Translations under genes and position numbers: made by a program
Shown here: one piece after another, positions 49,902 to 57,767 of the stretch
Numbering within the stretch: position 1 is the stretch's first letter
How the letters are laid out: each line of letters starts with the position of its first letter
Notes under the pieces: model-generated
The model's input: only the letters and a program-made list of their open reading frames with translations
Told to the model about the DNA's origin: nothing
The model's database searches: none
Assembly (NCBI GenBank): GCA_039933105.1
Contig: JBDTOT010000019.1
Span: 14,524 to 78,523 of the forward strand
Reading direction: 5' to 3'
DNA: 64,000 nt
From: Gammaproteobacteria bacterium
Lineage (GTDB): Bacteria > Pseudomonadota > Gammaproteobacteria > Steroidobacterales > Rariloculaceae

Positions 49902-51569
49902 TCACGGCGCTCGGCTCGGCCGGGTTCGCATGTGGATCAAGTTCCAGGGCGAAGTTTCGGTGCCAGGCTCGATCGTAACCTCGATCAATGCAGGCTGACC
50001 CTCGGCAAGCTCTTCCTCCAGCGCCCGCTTGAGCGCGGCCGGGTCGGCGACACGCCGGGCGCGGACGCCGAACGATTCGGCCAGTCGCACGAAGTCCGGG
50101 TTGTCGAGGCGAGCGCCGATGATGCGGCCGCCAAACTGTGTTTCCTGATCGCGCAGCACGTTGCCGTACGAGCGATTGTTGAACACGATCGTTACGAGCG
50201 CGATTCGATACTGCGCTGCCGTCGCCAGCTCCTGCAGGCCGAACATGAAGCCGCCGTCCCCGGTGATGGAGACCACCGCCTTGCCGGGGTTGGCTACCTT
50301 CACGCCGAGCGCGGTGGGAAAGCCGAAGCCGAGCGTGCCCTGGTAGCCCTCCGAGATATACGTGCGCGGTGCGAGTACGGGGAAAGCGCCGGTGTAGGTC
50401 GTAAACCCAGCCTGAGACAATTCGGGCACCAGAATCCCGTCGCGCGGAAGCACAGCTCGGATGGCTTGCAGATACGCCGTTTGCGGCTGGATCCGTTCGA
50501 TCAGCGCTGCGGCAGTGCGTTTGGCCGAGGCGATCTCGGTTTGCCGGTTCGTATCTGGCGTCACGAGGCGCTGTAGGTGTTGCACTAATGCTCGGCAGGC
50601 GGCGGCCGAGTCGGCTGCGATGCCGACGTCGGCGGGGAAGCGCTCGAGCTCATTCGGATCGATGTCGATGCGGATCAGCTTCGGCCGCGCGGGCCGCGGT
50701 TCGTGGTGCAGCATGTCGCGCCAGCGCATGTAGGGCATCTCGAGCCGGCTGCCGATGCCGACCAACACGTCGACGTCGTCCCAAAGCTCGCGCGCTGCGA
50801 CAGCGGCGACTCCGAGCGCGTGATCCTCGGGCACGACGCCGCGGCCGCTGCGAAATGCGGTGACCGGGGCCTGCAACGTCTCCGCCAGCGCGAGCACTTC
50901 GGCAGCGGCATGCTGCGCGCCTGCGCCGCACATCAGCATCGGTTTGCGGGCCGTGGCGAGCAGCTTCGCAGCTGCGGCAATGGCGTCGGAGTCGAGTTCG
51001 GGGGCGCCGCATGCGGCTCCACCCTGAACGCGAGCGCGGGGCGCGGTGGCCGCCAACGTATCCCAACACGTCTCGACAGCAACGGGCCCGGGTCGGCCGC
51101 TCTGCGCCGCGTGAAACGCGCGGCCCACCGTCGGCACGACATCGGCGGGACCATCGATACGCCACGCGTTCTTGATGAAGGTCTTGAGCGTGGCCCTTTG
51201 GTCGGTGAGCTCGTGCAAGTGGCCACGCCCGCGTCCGAGGTAGGAAGAGGGCACCTGGCCTGTAAGGCACACGATGGGGGCGCAGTTGCCCATGGCCGTG
51301 CAGAGTGCCGCGCCGGCGTTCAACACGCCTGGGCCGGGCACCACGGTGAACACGCCCGTACGGCCCGTGGATTTCGCGTAGCCCATGGCCATGTAACCCG
51401 CAGCCTGTTCATGTCGCGGCACGATGACCTCGACGCCGCTGCCGTACAGCCCATCGAACAGCGGGTAAATCTGTGCGCCTGGCACGCCGAAGATGGTGGT
51501 CATGCCATTGGCGCGCGCTGCGTCGATGATGGCCTTGCCGACGGTGGTTTCTGAGGTTTCAGGAGACAT
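49902..51569 (-). CDS. thiamine-pyrophosphate-dependent enzyme (acetolactate synthase large-subunit-like)
   Basis: N-terminal TPP-pyrimidine domain (TTIFGVPGAQIYPLFDGLY, RHEQAAGYMAMGYA) and C-terminal TPP motif (ITGDGGFMFGLQELATA...NN). ATG 51569 is preceded by a purine-rich stretch (TTACAGCTTCCTTTTAATG on the coding strand). Confidence 0.88.
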   Translation of the reverse strand: MSPETSETTVGKAIIDAARANGMTTIFGVPGAQIYPLFDGLYGSGVEVIVPRHEQAAGYMAMGYAKSTGRTGVFTVVPGPGVLNAGAALCTAMGNCAPIVCLTGQVPSSYLGRGRGHLHELTDQRATLKTFIKNAWRIDGPADVVPTVGRAFHAAQSGRPGPVAVETCWDTLAATAPRARVQGGAACGAPELDSDAIAAAAKLLATARKPMLMCGAGAQHAAAEVLALAETLQAPVTAFRSGRGVVPEDHALGVAAVAARELWDDVDVLVGIGSRLEMPYMRWRDMLHHEPRPARPKLIRIDIDPNELERFPADVGIAADSAAACRALVQHLQRLVTPDTNRQTEIASAKRTAAALIERIQPQTAYLQAIRAVLPRDGILVPELSQAGFTTYTGAFPVLAPRTYISEGYQGTLGFGFPTALGVKVANPGKAVVSITGDGGFMFGLQELATAAQYRIALVTIVFNNRSYGNVLRDQETQFGGRIIGARLDNPDFVRLAESFGVRARRVADPAALKRALEEELAEGQPALIEVTIEPGTETSPWNLIHMRTRPSRAP

Positions 51570-51788
51570 TAAAAGGAAGCTGTAAGTATCGGGACCTGTT
51601 GAACAACACGCGGCGTCTCTGGCGCCACCACCGAGCCATGCTGCGGGTTTTGCTCTGGCCGTGCAAGCACGCCTCGGCACGTGTTTTCAGCGGCTGCTCG
51701 GACCGAATTTTCATGGGCGCTTGCACTCGTGGCAGGTACGTCGATGCGGGTGTTAGCATCGTTCAGCTTTGTCACTCCGGGGAATTCG

Positions 51789-52268
51789 ATGACTCTGTTA
51801 TTGCGTCGTGCACCTGCGGCGATCGCCGCCGCGTGCGTGTTGTTCAGCTTTCACGCCTTCGCCGCGAATCCGTGGGACAGCGATTCCGCGGTTCAGGAGG
51901 TCCTGAAGCTGCGCGCGAAAGGCATCGCCGCGATCATCACGACGGGTCCGACCGCCGACAGCGAACACTACTCGTCGACGTTTGTCGCCAACACGCCCGC
52001 GAACTCCATCGTCACCGGGTCGCAGATGATCAAGAACTTCAGCGCCGGTTTCAGCTACAAGGCGGTCGAGCAACATCTCGACTACGCGGGGTCGCACGGG
52101 CCCGACATGGTCGTGCTGATGGGTGAAGAGGTCGTCGTTCCGGGTGACGGTTCGCCGAACGCCGGCAAACGCATTCACCGGCGATTCACCGACGTGTTTC
52201 GCAAGGAAAACGGTGAGTGGCGCTATGACCTTCGCCACGCGCACGTGATCTCGATCGAGGGCAATTGA
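51789..52268 (+). CDS. exported SnoaL/DUF4440-like (NTF2-fold) protein
   Basis: Signal peptide MTLLLRRAPAAIAAACVLFSFHAFA. The C-terminal RRFTDVFRKENGEWRYDLRHAHV resembles NTF2-like DUF4440 tails. Weak assignment. Confidence 0.45.
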   Translation: MTLLLRRAPAAIAAACVLFSFHAFAANPWDSDSAVQEVLKLRAKGIAAIITTGPTADSEHYSSTFVANTPANSIVTGSQMIKNFSAGFSYKAVEQHLDYAGSHGPDMVVLMGEEVVVPGDGSPNAGKRIHRRFTDVFRKENGEWRYDLRHAHVISIEGN

Positions 52269-52954
52269 TGCGCCGAGCGGCGGCGGCGGTATTGGCGTTC
52301 GTCAGCGCGCTGCTGGTGAGCGCGTTCGCGCAATCGCACGGCATCGCCGGTGACGATCAAGCATTCTTACTGCGCGTGACGGGCGCGCACATCGGCCCGT
52401 ACGTGTATCTCGGCGCGAAACACATGGTCACGGGCTACGACCACCTGTTGTTCCTCGCCGGCGTGATTTTCTTTCTGTACCGGCTCAAGGACGTGGCCGT
52501 GTACGTCACGCTGTTTGCGATCGGCCACAGCACCACGCTGTTGCTCGGCGTGCTCGCGAGCTGGCACGTGAATGCGTATCTCGTCGATACCGTGATCGGC
52601 CTGTCGGTGGTCTACAAGGCGTTCGAGAACCTCGGCGGCTTTCGCCAACTAGGCTTCGTGCCGAACACGAAGGGCGCCGTGCTGTTCTTTGGCTTTTTCC
52701 ACGGGCTCGGGCTCGCCACGAAACTGCAGGACCTCGCGCTTTCGCCCGACGGGCTCGTCACTAACATGGTCTCGTTCAACGTGGGCGTGGAGATCGGGCA
52801 GTTGCTCGTGCTGAGCGTGATATTGATCGCGTTCAACGTGTGGCGGCGCAGCGGCGGATTTTTTCGCCACGCATTTACCAGCAATGTGCTCCTGATGGCG
52901 GCCGGTTTTGTTTTGGCGGGCTATCAGCTCACAGGGTATCTCTCGACGACCTGA
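52268..52954 (+). CDS. HupE/UreJ-family membrane protein
   Basis: Signal peptide followed by His-rich TM blocks (HMVTGYDHLLFLAGVIFF, LFAIGHSTTLL, FFGFFHGLGLA). The ATG overlaps the upstream stop (TGATG). Confidence 0.8.
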   Translation: MRRAAAAVLAFVSALLVSAFAQSHGIAGDDQAFLLRVTGAHIGPYVYLGAKHMVTGYDHLLFLAGVIFFLYRLKDVAVYVTLFAIGHSTTLLLGVLASWHVNAYLVDTVIGLSVVYKAFENLGGFRQLGFVPNTKGAVLFFGFFHGLGLATKLQDLALSPDGLVTNMVSFNVGVEIGQLLVLSVILIAFNVWRRSGGFFRHAFTSNVLLMAAGFVLAGYQLTGYLSTT

Positions 52955-53053
52955 ACTTGGCCTGAACCGGCGCGTGTCTCTGAACAGCGACGGCCTAGGC
53001 AGCGCGCAGATGTTCGCGCACCATAACGCCTCCCGTGTTCTCCGATAGAGGAA

Positions 53054-53617
53054 ATGCAAATGAATACTCAACGATCGCTTTGGCTCGTCGCGACCATGGT
53101 TTTAGGCTTCGGCACTGCCGCACTGGCGGATGACAGCGCAAAGGCCACCGCGCGCCGACAGGAGATCGACAGCGCGGCGCAGGCTACGCTCGACAAGCTC
53201 GCCAAGGACGAACCCTCGGCCAAGGAATTGATGAATACGGCGGTCGGTTATGCCGTGTTCACGGTTACGAAGGGCGGATTCATCGTCTCGGCTGGCGCCG
53301 GCAATGGCGTCGCCGTCGACAAGACCACTGGCAAGCGCACCTATATGCGCATGGGCCTAGGCGGGGTAGGTCTCGGCATCGGTGGCCAGCGCTATGGCCT
53401 CGTGGTTCTGTTCGAAAACAAGGACCGGATGGACAAGTTCATCGCGGGCGGCTGGGATTCGAGCGCGACGGCTGAAGCTGCGGCCGGCAAGGAAGGTAAA
53501 GCGGCGCGCACGACCTTCTACGATGGCGTCGCGTACTACCAGATCACGGACAAGGGCCTGATGGCGCACGCCGACATCACGGGCACGAAGTTCTGGGTCA
53601 ACGACGACCTGCGTTGA
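53054..53617 (+). CDS. SYLF (DUF500/Ysc84-like) lipid-binding domain exported protein
   Basis: Signal peptide. Blocks AVGYAVFTVTKGGFIVSAGAGNGVAV, GGVGLGIGGQRYGLVVLF and TDKGLMAHADITGTKF. The second ATG at 53060 has better spacing to GAGGAA. Confidence 0.75.
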   Translation: MQMNTQRSLWLVATMVLGFGTAALADDSAKATARRQEIDSAAQATLDKLAKDEPSAKELMNTAVGYAVFTVTKGGFIVSAGAGNGVAVDKTTGKRTYMRMGLGGVGLGIGGQRYGLVVLFENKDRMDKFIAGGWDSSATAEAAAGKEGKAARTTFYDGVAYYQITDKGLMAHADITGTKFWVNDDLR

Positions 53618-53637
53618 TCGCACGCTTTTAAGCAAAG

Positions 53638-53664
53638 CTCGGGCGGCCTTGGCGGCCGCCCGAG
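53638..53664. other. perfect 11-bp GC-rich stem-loop abutting the gcdH start codon
   Basis: CTCGGGCGGCC-ttggc-GGCCGCCCGAG, immediately followed by ATG 53665. Confidence 0.6.
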
Positions 53665-54834
53665 ATGGTTGTGAGCGACCTCGAGCCACTCGATCTATAC
53701 GATGTTCGCGGCCTGCTCAGCGACAGTGAGCAGCTCGTGCAGGAGACCGTCGCTCGATTCGTCCAGCGCGAGGCACTCCCGATCATCGACGCGTGCTTCG
53801 CTACCGAGCGCTTTCCGCTCGAACTCGTGCCGCGGCTCGGGGAGCTCGGGCTCTTCGGTGCCACGTTGACCCAACACGGCGGAGCCGGGCTCAGCTACAC
53901 CTCTTACGGACTCATCTGCCAGGAGCTCGAAGCGGGCGATAGCGCGCTGCGTAGCTGCGTGTCCGTGCAGAGCAGCCTCGTCATGGGCTGTATCGCCGCG
54001 TGCGGCACGCCGGAACAACGCGAGCAGTGGCTGCCATCCATGGTAGCCGGCAAGAAGCTCGGTTGCTTCGCGCTCACGGAAGCGCACGGCGGCTCCGATC
54101 CTGCGCGCATGCGTACCCGCGCAGAACGCAGCGGAAGAGATTGGGTGCTCAACGGCGCGAAGATGTGGATCACGAACGGTACGCTCGCGGATGTCGCCGT
54201 CGTCTGGGCGGTGACTGACGGGCACGTAGGTGCGTTCCTCGTCGAGCGCGGCACGCCCGGGTTCGAGAGCCGGCTCGTGAAGAACAAACTGTCGCTGCGT
54301 GCGTCGAGCACCGCGGAACTCAGCTTCGCAGACGTGCGCGTGCCGGCTGCTGCTCGCTTGCCGGGAGCCCAAGGACTCAAAGCGGCACTGCGCTGCCTCG
54401 ACGATGCCCGCTTCGGCATCGTATGGGGCGCCGTCGGCGCCGCACGCGCGAGCCTCGCGAGTGTGCTCGTGTACGCACAGTCCCGCGAGCTGTTCGGCGG
54501 GCCACTCGCGGGCAAACAGTTGATCCAGGCGCGGCTCGCGGACGCCGCGCGCCGTATCACCTCTGCCCAGCTGCTGGCCTGGCGCCTTGGGCAGCTCAAG
54601 GATCGTGGCGAAGCGGAGACCGCGCAGATCTCGCTCGCGAAGTGGAACAATGTGCGCATGGCCCTCGACGTCGCTCGGGACTGCCGCGACATGCTGGGCG
54701 CTGCCGGCATCACGCTCGATCATTGCCCGATGCGCCACGCGCTGAACCTCGAATCCGTGATCACGTACGAGGGAACTGAGAGCGTCCATCAGCTGATCGT
54801 AGGACGGGAGCTGACAGGGGAAAATGCCTTCTAG
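53665..54834 (+). CDS. gcdH: glutaryl-CoA dehydrogenase
   Basis: Collinear with GCDH-type acyl-CoA dehydrogenases: SVQSSLVM, GCFALTEAHGGSDP, LSLRASSTAEL, KQLIQARLAD, LGQLKDRG, RHALNLESVITYEGTESVHQLIVGRELTGENAF. Confidence 0.92.
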   Translation: MVVSDLEPLDLYDVRGLLSDSEQLVQETVARFVQREALPIIDACFATERFPLELVPRLGELGLFGATLTQHGGAGLSYTSYGLICQELEAGDSALRSCVSVQSSLVMGCIAACGTPEQREQWLPSMVAGKKLGCFALTEAHGGSDPARMRTRAERSGRDWVLNGAKMWITNGTLADVAVVWAVTDGHVGAFLVERGTPGFESRLVKNKLSLRASSTAELSFADVRVPAAARLPGAQGLKAALRCLDDARFGIVWGAVGAARASLASVLVYAQSRELFGGPLAGKQLIQARLADAARRITSAQLLAWRLGQLKDRGEAETAQISLAKWNNVRMALDVARDCRDMLGAAGITLDHCPMRHALNLESVITYEGTESVHQLIVGRELTGENAF

Positions 54835-54877
54835 GTACGGCGGAGTGGCCGTCTCCCGTGCTAAATTGCGCGGCTCC

Positions 54878-54948
54878 GGCTAGGTGGCAGAGTGGTCATG
54901 CAGCGGCCTGCAAAGCCGTGTACAGCGGTTCGATTCCGCTCCTAGCCT
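54878..54948 (+). tRNA. tRNA-Cys (anticodon GCA), CCA not encoded
   Basis: Hand-folded cloverleaf. Acceptor GGCTAGG/CCTAGCC, anticodon arm GCGGC-CTGCAAA-GCCGT, T arm AGCGG-TTCGATT-CCGCT, discriminator T as expected for Cys. Confidence 0.9.
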
Positions 54949-55065
54949 CACCGAAGCCCCCCAAAGACACCCCGCCCGGACTTCAGAACGCGCCTAACCC
55001 GCATAGATGCTAGGCTGCGCCACCCCGTAACACCCCGCGTCACCCGTTGACAGCGCGAATAGCCC

Positions 55066-55113
55066 GGGGGTACCTTTCGGGGGTACCTAGTACCCCCGCG
55101 AGGAAATACCCCC
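55066..55113 (+). promoter_or_regulatory. repeat/palindrome cluster immediately upstream of int (candidate operator or arm-type sites)
   Basis: GGGGGTACCT at 55066 and 55079 (13-bp period). GGGGGTAC-cta-GTACCCCC palindrome at 55079-55097. ATACCCCC at 55106-55113 abuts the int ATG. Confidence 0.5.
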
Positions 55114-56397
55114 ATGCTGACGGATCAAGCCTTGAAGGCGTTGAAGGGTGCCGAACGCCCCTACAAGAAGCCCGACGAGCGGGGGCTTTTTGCATTCGTG
55201 CAACCGAACGGCGCGGTGTATTTCCGGTTCAAATACCGCTACGGCGGGCGCGAGAAGTTACTCGCGTTCGGCGTGTATCGCAGCGCGATGCCGGAAGGCA
55301 AAGACCCGACGGGGGCGCCGGTCTACCGACTGCGGCCCGGAGACGTGACACTAAAGCGCGCTCGGGAGAAGCGCGACGAAGCCAGGGGATTGCTTGAGCG
55401 GGGCATTGATCCCGGCGCGAAGCGCAAGGCCGAAAAGACCGCGCAGGCCGATACGTTCGACGCGATCGCGCTCGAATGGCTCGCCAAGGGGTGCCCGCCG
55501 CGCAAGAAAGGCGAAACCATTGGGGCCGATACCGTCGCGCAGCTCGAGCACCGCCTAAAGACCTACGTTTCCCCGTACATAGGCAAATGGCCGCTCGCCG
55601 AGATCAAAGCATCCGATCTGCTGCAGTTGCTCCGCAGGATCGAGAGCAAGGGCACGCACGAGACCGCGCACCGCGTGCGTTCAGTGGTCGGGCGGGTGAT
55701 GAGATACGCGGTCAATTCCGGGCGTGCCGAGCGGGACATTTCCGCCGATCTAAAAGACGCGCTGATCCCGGTTAACGCCAATCATTTCTCGGCCATCACC
55801 GACCCGAAAGCCTTGGGGGCGTTACTGCGGAAGATGGCGGTTTATAGCGGCCAGCCCGCCACTAAGGCGGCGCTGCAATTGCTGGCGTTGACCTTTGTTC
55901 GGCCCGGGGAGCTGCGGCTCGCGACGTGGGGGGAGTTCGATCTTGACGCCGCGCAATGGGTGATTCCGGCCGCGAGAATGAAGATGCGCAAGGTTCACGT
56001 TGTACCGCTCGCGCCGCAAGCCGTGGAGATCCTGACCGAGCTTGCGAAGCTCACGGACAAGGGGCCGAGCTCGTGGGTGTTCCCGAGCTTGAGGCCGCAG
56101 CGACCATTGAGCGATGGCACGCTAAACATGGCGCTGCGATCCATGGACGTGAGCGGCGAGGTTCACGTAGGCCACGGGTTTCGGTCCACGGCATCAACGC
56201 TACTGCATGAGCTTGGATTCTCCCCCGACCTGATCGAGACACAGCTCGCGCATAGCCGGCCCGGGGTGAGCGGAATCTACAACCGAAGCCACCGACTGCC
56301 CGAGCGCGAAAAGCTCATGCACTCGTGGGCGAATCATCTTGACGGACTGCGCAGGGGGGCGAACGTGACGGCGATCCGTTCGGGTAAGTCGGCGTGA
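55114..56397 (+). CDS. int: tyrosine-type site-specific integrase (P4-like, DUF4102 N-terminus)
   Basis: N-terminus LTDQALKALK...YFRFKYRYGGREKLLAFGVY. Catalytic region with HGFRSTASTLL and LAHSRPGVSGIYNRS. Lies next to a tRNA gene. Confidence 0.93.
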   Translation: MLTDQALKALKGAERPYKKPDERGLFAFVQPNGAVYFRFKYRYGGREKLLAFGVYRSAMPEGKDPTGAPVYRLRPGDVTLKRAREKRDEARGLLERGIDPGAKRKAEKTAQADTFDAIALEWLAKGCPPRKKGETIGADTVAQLEHRLKTYVSPYIGKWPLAEIKASDLLQLLRRIESKGTHETAHRVRSVVGRVMRYAVNSGRAERDISADLKDALIPVNANHFSAITDPKALGALLRKMAVYSGQPATKAALQLLALTFVRPGELRLATWGEFDLDAAQWVIPAARMKMRKVHVVPLAPQAVEILTELAKLTDKGPSSWVFPSLRPQRPLSDGTLNMALRSMDVSGEVHVGHGFRSTASTLLHELGFSPDLIETQLAHSRPGVSGIYNRSHRLPEREKLMHSWANHLDGLRRGANVTAIRSGKSA

Positions 56398-56903
56398 GCG
56401 GCGACAAAGAAAAGCCCAAGACATTGCGAGAGGAAATCGTCGCAGCCATAGCGGCACCCGCCGACCCCGAGCCCGAAACTGCCGAGGCGAAGGCCGAGAG
56501 AGAGCGGCTAGAGTCAAAGCTACTCGCCGAGCTTGAGGACAAACACGGCCGGCGATGGATCGCCGAACGTCGGCGGATCGTGGGCAGGGACGGGAAGCTC
56601 GTAGGCCAATTGTCGATAGAGCAAACGTTTCGCGAGCTTGAAGGGCGCGATTCCCTGCACTGGCTCAAGCACAAGCGCGCCGAGGGGCAGCGCAACGCGA
56701 GAAACGCCAAACTCGATAGGCAAAGGAAATTGCCGACTGATCCCAAAGTATCTGCGGAAGTGGCCGCTATCGTCACAGAGAAAAAAGTTACGCCGGCAAG
56801 GGCGCGGACGATGTACGCGGCCCGTCTGCGCAAACGATTTCCGAACGTCAGCGCGTCCGCTATCAACAAGAAACTTCGCAAGGCCGCATCTAAGAAAACT
56901 TAG
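56394..56903 (+). CDS. hypothetical phage protein (highly charged)
   Basis: GTG overlaps the int stop. 169 aa rich in Lys/Arg/Glu. No family recognised. Confidence 0.5.
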   Translation: MSGDKEKPKTLREEIVAAIAAPADPEPETAEAKAERERLESKLLAELEDKHGRRWIAERRRIVGRDGKLVGQLSIEQTFRELEGRDSLHWLKHKRAEGQRNARNAKLDRQRKLPTDPKVSAEVAAIVTEKKVTPARARTMYAARLRKRFPNVSASAINKKLRKAASKKT

Positions 56904-56998
56904 CGGCCGCTAAGTCCCCCGAAGTCCCTGCGCGCTCTTTGCCGAGCGTTTTTTGCGCCCTAAAGTCTCTCATGGCAACACATGGAGACCTTGCAGCA

Positions 56999-57265
56999 AT
57001 GCGGCAAACAATTTGGCGCAAGCCGGACCTTGAGTCACAGCTCGGACTTTCCAGAACCGCTATCGAGTGCCTAGAAGCCGGTGGACTGTGGCCGCCGCGA
57101 ATTTCCCTATCTGAACGAGCCGTTGGTTGGCTCTCTGCTGAATGCTCCGCGGTAATCGCCGCGAGAGCGGCGGGGCAATCCCCCGACGAAATCCGAACGC
57201 TTGTTCGCCAGCTTGTGGCGGCGCGTGTGCGTGCGTTCAACGAATGCGTTGGACGAATCGCCTAA
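56999..57265 (+). CDS. AlpA-family phage transcriptional regulator / excisionase-like HTH protein
   Basis: The core LESQLGLSRTAIECLEAGGLWPPRISLSERAVGWLSAECSAVI matches the AlpA pattern (HTH followed by R-A-V-G-W). Upstream in-frame ATGs at 56972 and 56939 are possible alternative starts. Confidence 0.7.
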   Translation: MRQTIWRKPDLESQLGLSRTAIECLEAGGLWPPRISLSERAVGWLSAECSAVIAARAAGQSPDEIRTLVRQLVAARVRAFNECVGRIA

Positions 57266-57334
57266 TCCCGAAAAAGCAACGGGCCGGTTGATGGCCGACC
57301 CGTCGCGCGAGGACAAACAGCAAGTGAGGACAAC

Positions 57335-57583
57335 ATGCGCACACTACGCGACGCCACCAACCGCGGCAAATCAGCGAGCGTTTTAGTTTTCCGAAGTGAC
57401 GCGGCTGGATGGCACATTGACGCGGGCGGTCGCGCTCATTTCGTGCCGACTGGTCACCTGTTCGCATTTCGTGGAAATGACCCGCTCTGCGGCGTTCGTC
57501 TCGAATCGCCGCGGCGAGTGAACCGCGACCGAGTAGCGCGCTGCGGCCGGTGCGTCGCGCTGCGGGACGGCGGCGACGAATGA
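57335..57583 (+). CDS. hypothetical small protein
   Basis: 82-aa ORF preceded by GTGAGGA at suitable spacing. No family recognised. Confidence 0.4.
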   Translation: MRTLRDATNRGKSASVLVFRSDAAGWHIDAGGRAHFVPTGHLFAFRGNDPLCGVRLESPRRVNRDRVARCGRCVALRDGGDE

Positions 57584-57767
57584 TCGCGCGACGCGCCACG
57601 GGTTCGCAGGTCACGCAACCACGAGCTGCGCAGATACACCAGCGCGCGCAATGCCGCGGTTGCGGTGCGCCGTCATGGTCGGGGGTTTGTCCGACGTGCC
57701 GCGCGTGGTCAACCGCGTTGCTAAGTCTCGAACGCACCGTCGCCGCGATTCGAACTGCGAGGCGGAC

